A stretch of DNA of 64,000 nucleotides from contig CAWAIF010000003.1 of assembly GCA_963782055.1 (NCBI GenBank), positions 3,488,001 through 3,552,000 of the forward strand, written 5' to 3'. The notes under the pieces are model-generated. The model was not told the origin of the DNA and ran no database searches. It saw nothing but the letters and a program-made list of their open reading frames with translations. Numbering within the stretch: the stretch's first letter is position 1; each line of letters starts with the position of its first letter. Both the position numbers and the translations under genes were made by a program. Origin of the DNA: an uncultured delta proteobacterium. Lineage in GTDB: Bacteria > Myxococcota_A > Polyangia > Polyangiales > Polyangiaceae. Of this stretch, positions 56,280 to 64,000 are shown one piece after another.

Positions 56280-57385
56280 GAGCGCTCGCCTTCGTCCTCG
56301 CCGCCGGCGCGGCCCTCCTCGCCGCGCCCGCCGCCCGCGCGTACTGCCCGAGCTACACGCCCGCGGAGACGGCGGGCAGCCACAACTGCGGCGTCGACCC
56401 CGTCCCTGGCAAGAACCCCGGCGTGGCCGCGTGGCAGAGCATCTTCGCCGAGGTCTCCGGCGGCCAGGCGTCGTGGGGGAGCGACGGCCCGCCTGGCGTG
56501 GGGACCATCGGCTCCGGCTGTGGCAAGCCCAACCCCACGGTGAAGGTGCCCGCGCACTTCCCGTGTCACGTCCTGTACGCCATCTCCATGGTGGAGTCGG
56601 GCTGGCGGCAGTTCTGCGTACCCGACACGCCCTCCGCGTCGGTGGGCGCCCCCAGCCGCACCATCGTCTCCTTCGACTGCGGCTACGGCATCGGGCAGGT
56701 CACCAGCGGCATGCACGTCGGCGAGACCCCCAAGTTCGATCGCAACCGCGTCGCGGCCGAGCCCACCTACAACCTGGCGACGGGCACCTTCATCCTGGCC
56801 AGCAAGTGGAACGCCACGAGCTGCATCGGCGACAACGATCCGGACATCGTCGAGGACTGGTACGCCGCGATCTGGGCGTACAACGGGCTCGCGTACTCCA
56901 ACAACCCCAACAACCCCAACCTCACCCCCGGGCGCGGCGTCTACGATCCCAAGAACGGCGGCAGCTACACCTACCAGGAGAAGGTGATGGGCTGGATGGA
57001 GCACCCGCCCGCCGACGGCCGCTGGGCGTCGCTCGCTCCCGCGTACCCCAACCGCGGGGAGGTCGGCGGCAGCGGCTCACCGCCCGCGCTCTCCGAGCCC
57101 TCGTGTGCGAGCCCGACCGACTGCACCAAGACCCGCAAGACCCACCACTCGACGTGCACCGGCGTGACCGGCGCCGACGCGGGCCCGCCCGGGGAGGCCG
57201 GCGCGCCCGTGGAGGCCGGCCCTGGCGACGAGGGCGGCCTGCAGACCTCGTCCCCCTTCAATCCCCCGGGCGGGGAGGGTGGCTGCTCCTGCAGCGCGGC
57301 GCCCGACCGGCGCACCCCCGCCGCCGGGTGGCTCGCCGCCCTCGGTCTGGGAATGCTCACCCTCCGGCGCCGGCGGCGCACGTGA
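56276..57385 (+). CDS. Secreted lytic-transglycosylase/lysozyme-like protein with MYXO-CTERM anchor
   Basis: AISMVESGW (catalytic Glu-Ser), GYGIGQVT, AIWAYNG. C-terminus GGCSCS...hydrophobic...RRRRR. Confidence 0.78.
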   Translation: MRALAFVLAAGAALLAAPAARAYCPSYTPAETAGSHNCGVDPVPGKNPGVAAWQSIFAEVSGGQASWGSDGPPGVGTIGSGCGKPNPTVKVPAHFPCHVLYAISMVESGWRQFCVPDTPSASVGAPSRTIVSFDCGYGIGQVTSGMHVGETPKFDRNRVAAEPTYNLATGTFILASKWNATSCIGDNDPDIVEDWYAAIWAYNGLAYSNNPNNPNLTPGRGVYDPKNGGSYTYQEKVMGWMEHPPADGRWASLAPAYPNRGEVGGSGSPPALSEPSCASPTDCTKTRKTHHSTCTGVTGADAGPPGEAGAPVEAGPGDEGGLQTSSPFNPPGGEGGCSCSAAPDRRTPAAGWLAALGLGMLTLRRRRRT

Positions 57386-57437
57386 CATTCTGGTGCGCCG
57401 CTCGCGCCCGCCGGCGCGATGAGGGTACGATGCGCGC

Positions 57438-59030
57438 ATGGGACTTTCGCTTCGCTGGGGCCTTGGCGCGTCGCTGCCGATCCTTGCGCTCGCCCTGACC
57501 GCGGCGGCGCTCGCCAACTGCAGCTCGAACGACGAGACACCGCCCGCCGATGCCGGCGACGAGGACGTCGACACACGGCCGCCCACGCCCCCCGACTGGG
57601 ACCGCGCGGTGACGCGGCCGGACGACACCACCGCCGCCGCCGACCGGGCGGCGTGCAAGTTCAAGCGCGGCGATCTGCCCGCCGAGACCCTCGGCACCAG
57701 CACCCCGGTCGACAAGGACATCCCCATCGACACCGTGGTCGTGCTGGTGATGGAGAACCACTCCTTCGACAACTACTTCGGGCAGCTCGGCAAGTACCTG
57801 AACAGGAGCGACATCGAGTCGCCGCCGCCTGGCGCGAGCAACCCCGCCATCGCGGGGCAGGGCTCCGACGCCGGCACCGACGCGGGCGATGACGGCGGCA
57901 GCGGCGACGGCGGTGCGACGGACGGCGGCGACGGCGGGGCCCCGCAGACGTTCCCCTACACCCACGCGTCGCACCTCTGCACGCTGGACACCAACCACGA
58001 GTGGGACGGCACCCACCTCGAGTACGACGACGGCAAGATGGACGGCTTCGTCCAGGCCAACGAGGGCTGGGACAAGGGCAAGCTCACCGGCAGCGCCGAC
58101 CCGTCCCTCGCGAGCGGCGCGCGCGCCATGGTCTACTACGACCAGACCGACCTGCCCTTTTACTACGACCTGGCGAAGGACTTCGCGATCGCCGACCACT
58201 ACCACTGCTCGGTGCTCGGCCCCACGTGGCCGAACCGCATGTACGTGTATGCCGCGACCAGCTTCGGCCGCACCACCAACGACTTCCCCGACCTCAGCGC
58301 GTACCCGTTCCCCGACAACGACGCGAGCATCCTGGACGAGCTGGAGAAGCGGCACGTCGACTGGTGGCTCTACACCGACTCGCCGCCGACGGCCGCGGTG
58401 GTCCACGGCATCGCCCTCGGCTCGCGCTACGGGCGCATCCCGACCCGCAGCGTGGCGAACTTCATGAGCGACGCGGCGGCGGGCACCCTCCCGCAGGTCA
58501 CCTTCCTCGACCCCGACACCACCCACGAGGGCCCGAAGGACAACGACGAGCACCCGCCGGCGCAGATCCAGATCGGCCAGAAGTTCGTGAGCGACGTCGT
58601 CCACGCGGTGATGACCAGCCCGCAGTGGGCGCACATCGCGCTCTTCGTCACGTGGGACGAGCACGGCGGCTTCTACGATCACGTCCCGCCGCCGCCCGCC
58701 TGCGCGCCGGACGACAAGACCCCCGTCAAGGGAGACAACAGCCCGGAGACGGGGGCCTTCGACCGCTACGGCGTGCGCGTGCCCTTCATCCTGGTCTCAC
58801 CCTACGCGAAGAAGGGGTACGTGGGTCACGCGACCTACGACCACACCAGCATCACCCGCTTCATCGAGGCGAAGTTCAAGGTGCCCGCGCTCACCGCGCG
58901 CGACGCCAACGCCGACCCGCTGATGGACCTCTTCGACTTCCAGAACCCGCCGTGGGTCACGCCGCCCACCATCGCCGAGCCCACGATCGACCAGGGCGAG
59001 GTCGACTACTGCGCGGGCAACTACCAGTAG
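57438..59030 (+). CDS. Phospholipase C / phosphoesterase family lipoprotein
   Basis: Lipobox LANC, MENHSFDNYFG, GPTWPNR, DEHP, TWDEHGGFYDHV, GVRVP, YDHTS. Confidence 0.92.
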   Translation: MGLSLRWGLGASLPILALALTAAALANCSSNDETPPADAGDEDVDTRPPTPPDWDRAVTRPDDTTAAADRAACKFKRGDLPAETLGTSTPVDKDIPIDTVVVLVMENHSFDNYFGQLGKYLNRSDIESPPPGASNPAIAGQGSDAGTDAGDDGGSGDGGATDGGDGGAPQTFPYTHASHLCTLDTNHEWDGTHLEYDDGKMDGFVQANEGWDKGKLTGSADPSLASGARAMVYYDQTDLPFYYDLAKDFAIADHYHCSVLGPTWPNRMYVYAATSFGRTTNDFPDLSAYPFPDNDASILDELEKRHVDWWLYTDSPPTAAVVHGIALGSRYGRIPTRSVANFMSDAAAGTLPQVTFLDPDTTHEGPKDNDEHPPAQIQIGQKFVSDVVHAVMTSPQWAHIALFVTWDEHGGFYDHVPPPPACAPDDKTPVKGDNSPETGAFDRYGVRVPFILVSPYAKKGYVGHATYDHTSITRFIEAKFKVPALTARDANADPLMDLFDFQNPPWVTPPTIAEPTIDQGEVDYCAGNYQ

Positions 59031-59037
59031 CCCGCCG

Positions 59038-60021
59038 CTACTTGCAGGTGTCGTCGGTGCCCAGGGCGTTGGACTGGCACCCGTTGGGGCACGCGTCCTT
59101 CTGCGGCACGCCGCCGGAGCACTTGTAGCGAGCGCTCCCGCTGCAGGTCCAGTACTGGTTGCCCGCGTACGAGGAGCTGGCGCAGTCCCAGTTGACCGGC
59201 GGAGGCGGCGGGGGAGGCGGGGTCTTGCAGGTGTCGTCGGTGCCGACGGCGTTGGACTGGCAGCCGTCGGGGCAGGCCTCGACCTCCGCCACGCCGCCGG
59301 AGCACCTGTAGCGAGCGCTCCCGCTGCAGGTCCAGTACTGGTTGCCCGCGTACGAGGAGCTGGCGCAGTCCCAGCTCACCCCGCCGCCGCCCGCGTCGGT
59401 GTCGCCGCCGCCGCCCTGATTCTGGCCGCCGCCGTTGGCCTTCGCGTGCGCCCAGCCCTGCGGCACCCAGTTGCCCCAGCGCGCGCCGATCTTCCCGTTG
59501 GCGTAGGTGAGGGTGGCCTTGCCGCTGCCCTTCACGTTCTGCTCCAGGATGTCGATGGAGCTCGCGTGCACCGCGGTGACGAGCGCCACGTGCCCGTAGG
59601 CGCCGTTCGGCCACACGATCATGTCGCCAGCGACCGGCGGGTGCGCCTTGTCGCCGTTGTAGTAGACGTCCACCGAGTCCTTCGGCGCGCCGGCGAGCAG
59701 CGTCTTGGCGTTGCCGTACCAGCGCAGGCCCCAGTGCGTCTTGAAGTGGCGCATCACCAGCTCCACGCACTGGTAGCGCAGGCCGTAGGAGCCGCCGCCG
59801 GCGCAGGAGACGCCGGTGCCGGTGTTGGCCCCGTTGGAGTACGCCGTCGTGCCGTCGAAGGTGCCGAGCGCGGTGCCGCAGGCGGGCATCGTCAGCGCCT
59901 CGGAGGCGGAGGGGTTGCTGGCCGAGGTGTCCTCGCCGTCCACACCGGCGCTGCAGCCTGAGATCACGGCGAGCGCGAGCGAGCCGGCGGCGACGAGTCC
60001 AAGGAGGGGAAGGCGCGCCAT
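59038..60021 (-). CDS. CHAP-domain amidase lipoprotein with two C-terminal Cys-rich repeats
   Basis: Lipobox ISGC, YQCVEL (Cys), YGHVALV (His), LEQN, GWAH, two near-identical ~50-aa repeats. Confidence 0.88.
   Translation of the reverse strand: MARLPLLGLVAAGSLALAVISGCSAGVDGEDTSASNPSASEALTMPACGTALGTFDGTTAYSNGANTGTGVSCAGGGSYGLRYQCVELVMRHFKTHWGLRWYGNAKTLLAGAPKDSVDVYYNGDKAHPPVAGDMIVWPNGAYGHVALVTAVHASSIDILEQNVKGSGKATLTYANGKIGARWGNWVPQGWAHAKANGGGQNQGGGGDTDAGGGGVSWDCASSSYAGNQYWTCSGSARYRCSGGVAEVEACPDGCQSNAVGTDDTCKTPPPPPPPPVNWDCASSSYAGNQYWTCSGSARYKCSGGVPQKDACPNGCQSNALGTDDTCK
59041..59373. repeat. Intragenic direct repeat (2 copies, ~150 bp, 183-bp period)
   Basis: CTTGCAGGTGTCGTCGGTGCC at 59041 and 59224. 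The CTGCAGGTCCAGTACTGGTTGCCCGCGTACGAGGAGCTGGCGCAGTCCCAG block is identical in both copies. Confidence 0.88.
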
Positions 60022-60033
60022 GCCCTTCTCCTT

Positions 60034-60049
60034 TGCAGCCTGCGTGCCG
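60034..60049 (-). promoter_or_regulatory. Putative sigma54 (-24/-12) promoter of the CHAP gene
   Basis: Minus strand CGGCACG-CAGG-CTGCA, with correct GG-N10-GC spacing. Confidence 0.45.
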
Positions 60050-60263
60050 GCGCGCGGGCGATGGTCGATCGCAGGCGTTTCCTGCGGCGAGCGCGGTCCC
60101 TCGCCCGGCGGTCCCGGTTCGGGCGTTGCCCAGGGCCTGGTGCGCGCTTTGACCGGTCGTCACCTCGCCGCGTCACGGGCGACACCGGGCGGCGTCGAAG
60201 AGTGGGCCGGAGATGGCGTGGTCTGCGACGATCCGTCACGCCACGCGCGAAGGAGGCTCCACC

Positions 60264-60377
60264 ATGACCCTGCGAATCGACGCGCCCTTCTGGGCGGCCC
60301 TCATGACCGGCGTGATCGCCACCGCCTGCATCACGCTGCTGGGCGTGGCCGCGCAGGCGGGGGGCCTGGTCGGCTGA
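60264..60377 (+). CDS. Small hydrophobic protein (37 aa)
   Basis: AAGGAGG RBS, MTLRIDAPFWAALMTGVIATACITLLGVAAQAGGLVG. Confidence 0.55.
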   Translation: MTLRIDAPFWAALMTGVIATACITLLGVAAQAGGLVG

Positions 60378-60387
60378 AGAAGTGCGG

Positions 60388-60459
60388 CGACCCCATCGGG
60401 AATCGAACCCGAGTTACCGGCGTGAGAGGCCGATGTCCTAACCGCTAGACGATGGGGCC
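60388..60459 (-). tRNA. tRNA-Glu (anticodon CTC)
   Basis: GGCCCCA...TGGGGTC acceptor stem, anticodon loop CTCTCAC, GGTTCGATTCC T-arm. CCA is not encoded. Confidence 0.95.
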
Positions 60460-60488
60460 AGTGACGAAGGAAGGCGAAGAAAGCGTTG

Positions 60489-60559
60489 CTGGGGGACTAG
60501 GATTCGAACCTAGATAGCCAGAGCCAGAATCTGACGTCCTGCCATTAGACGATCCCCCA
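60489..60559 (-). tRNA. tRNA-Gln (anticodon CTG)
   Basis: TGGGGGA...TCCCCCA acceptor stem, loop TTCTGGC, GGTTCGAATCC. CCA is not encoded. Confidence 0.95.
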
Positions 60560-60611
60560 AGGAAACTCGGGAACCGGAGCGTCCGAGAGCCGGGGCCTCT
60601 CGGGCCCGCGC

Positions 60612-60639
60612 ACCTTACTTACGGCCCGTAGGCTGTCAA
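60612..60639 (-). promoter_or_regulatory. sigma70 promoter of the tRNA-Gln/tRNA-Glu pair
   Basis: TTGACA-N16-TAAGGT followed by a GC-rich discriminator (GCGCGGGC). Confidence 0.65.
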
Positions 60640-60702
60640 GCTCCTGCCGGAGGCACCGCCCCTTTGGAGGGTCGGACGGGTGGGGTATGCTTCCCCTGAC
60701 GC

Positions 60703-61431
60703 ATGATGCCGCCGTACCGCTCGTCCACGCCGCCCTCGGTGCCCGCCGCGCCGCCGCGATGCTTGTATTGTGCAGCCATCGTCCCCGCCGGCGAGCCGGG
60801 GGGAGACAGGGCGTGCCCGCGGTGCGGCCTGAGCTTCGAGGTGACCCACGAGAAGCGCGTCGGCGCCCCGTGCCCCCGCTGCGAGGGCAAGACGCTGGCC
60901 CCGTCCGCGGTGGACGACGCGTCGGTCTACGTGTGCCACACCTGCCAGGGCTGCTTCATCCACGCCGCCGACTGGGACGAGCTGCTCGCCCGGGCGGACG
61001 AGGGCGGGCACCTGTCCATCGGCTCGCTGGTGCCCCCGCCCCCGGGGCAAGGCCCCACCCTCCAGGACCTCTTCCAGAGCGTGCGCTGCCCGGTGTGCGC
61101 GGTGCCCACCCGGCGCTTCGAGTTCGCCGGTCACGCCGGGCTCTGGCTGGATGTCTGCCCGGCCCACGGCCTCTGGCTGGACGCCGGGGAGCTGGTGGCC
61201 GCCGTGCAGCAGCACAAGGCGCACCCGGACGGGGTCGAGGCGCCGGTGAAGCCCACCGCCACCGCCCTCGCTGCGGAGGAGGCAGGGCGTCCGTCGCAAT
61301 CCCAGGGGTTCGCCGAGGCGATGGCGGTGGATGGCGCCAAGACCCTGGTGTCCTTCGCCTCCGGCATGCTCCGGCTGCTCTCCGATGTGGGGCAGCCGAC
61401 CTACTACTACCACCGCGGCTACTGGTGGTGA
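60703..61431 (+). CDS. Multi zinc-ribbon protein (zf-TFIIB-like)
   Basis: CLYC/CPRC, CPRC...CHTCQGCF, CPVC...DVCPAHGLWLDAGEL. Confidence 0.8.
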   Translation: MMPPYRSSTPPSVPAAPPRCLYCAAIVPAGEPGGDRACPRCGLSFEVTHEKRVGAPCPRCEGKTLAPSAVDDASVYVCHTCQGCFIHAADWDELLARADEGGHLSIGSLVPPPPGQGPTLQDLFQSVRCPVCAVPTRRFEFAGHAGLWLDVCPAHGLWLDAGELVAAVQQHKAHPDGVEAPVKPTATALAAEEAGRPSQSQGFAEAMAVDGAKTLVSFASGMLRLLSDVGQPTYYYHRGYWW

Positions 61432-61441
61432 CCGCCCCCCC

Positions 61442-61469
61442 TTGACGGGGCGCCCTCCAGGCTTACTCT
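61442..61469 (+). promoter_or_regulatory. sigma70 promoter of groESL
   Basis: TTGACG-N16-TACTCT upstream of CIRCE. Confidence 0.55.
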
Positions 61470-61483
61470 CCCGCCCGGCTGCG

Positions 61484-61510
61484 CTGGCACTCTCCTCCGG
61501 TGAGTGCTAA
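61484..61510 (+). promoter_or_regulatory. CIRCE element (HrcA operator)
   Basis: CTGGCACTC-N9-GAGTGCTAA versus consensus TTAGCACTC-N9-GAGTGCTAA, upstream of groES. Confidence 0.92.
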
Positions 61511-61549
61511 TAGCGCGCCTACCGCAGCGAAACTCCGAGGAGAAACGCC

Positions 61550-63533
<1,984 letters not shown>

Positions 63534-63635
63534 GGTCCGGCCGCAGGCCGGCCGACAGCCCGAAGGGCGGTTCTGGACTGGGGGTGCGGCTGAGCCCGAG
63601 CTCGGCCGCACCCGCCAGGTCCGAACGGGGCTTCT

Positions 63636-63664
63636 TTGACTTGGCATTTCGCCGCACGTAATCT
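63636..63664 (+). promoter_or_regulatory. sigma70 promoter of the cNMP-binding gene
   Basis: TTGACT-N17-TAATCT, 11 nt before the ATG at 63676. Confidence 0.65.
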
Positions 63665-63675
63665 TTGTTCCCTCG

Positions 63676-64000
63676 ATGTCGGATCCCTTCTTCGCTCGCT
63701 TCGGCCGCGAGTTTCGCGCCGGCGAAGTTCTCTTCCACGAAGGGGAAGCCGGCGAGGAGATGTACGTGATCCAGAGCGGCGCCGTGGAAATCACCAAGAG
63801 AGCCGGTGACGTGGAGCGACGGCTCGCGACGCTCGGGCGCGGTGAGTTCCTCGGCGAGATGGCCATCCTCAACAACAAGCCGCGCACCGCCACCGCCCGC
63901 GTCGTCGAGGACGCCAAGTGCCTCGTCATCGACAAGCGCACCCTCGAGACCATGATCTCCAAGAACCCGGAGATCGCCCTGCGCCTCATCAAGAAGCTCT
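63676..64000 (+). CDS. cNMP-binding (Crp/Fnr-like) protein, 3' end outside window
   Basis: VLFHEGEAGEEMYVIQSGAV...GEFLGEMAIL...PRTATA. Confidence 0.9.
   Translation, partial: MSDPFFARFGREFRAGEVLFHEGEAGEEMYVIQSGAVEITKRAGDVERRLATLGRGEFLGEMAILNNKPRTATARVVEDAKCLVIDKRTLETMISKNPEIALRLIKKL

Noticed and set aside
53760..60459. Genomic island integrated at tRNA-Glu
   Set aside because: No integrase, no duplicated tRNA 3' end found by eye, and no evident compositional shift.
60385..60559. tRNAs lacking encoded CCA as pseudogenes
   Set aside because: The cloverleaves are intact with a good promoter. Post-transcriptional CCA addition is common.

Overview
Very GC-rich bacterial chromosomal window, most likely from a myxobacterium (Myxococcota, probably Polyangia-like). 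This is inferred from a MYXO-CTERM protein, many Cys-rich lipoproteins, VWA/VIT proteins and a kinase-ATPase-TPR protein. Housekeeping genes include leuS-lptE, lnt, an iscS-like gene, hisS, ruvX-mltG, tkt, zwf-opcA-pgl, tRNA-Glu(CTC), tRNA-Gln(CTG) and CIRCE-controlled groES-groEL. No transposase, integrase, phage gene or CRISPR array was seen. The best candidate for a new system is the translationally coupled operon at 1-5265: a probable multiheme cytochrome c, a 2x cNMP-binding/4x[4Fe-4S]/His-rich membrane protein, and a tetraheme cytochrome/ferredoxin/apparently circularly permuted TrxR-like flavoprotein. Together these look like a cyclic-nucleotide-controlled transmembrane electron conduit. 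Other notable items: a 127-bp tandem multi-hairpin repeat with an internal micro-inversion; a response regulator frameshifted at a G9 tract; a Cys-rich module shared by two cell-wall-hydrolase-like lipoproteins; a putative lytic-enzyme cluster; four small ORFs, three below the ORF-track cutoff and one behind a LexA-like box; and widespread -10 elements placed directly before start codons. All product calls come from motifs recognised by eye; no database searches were run.
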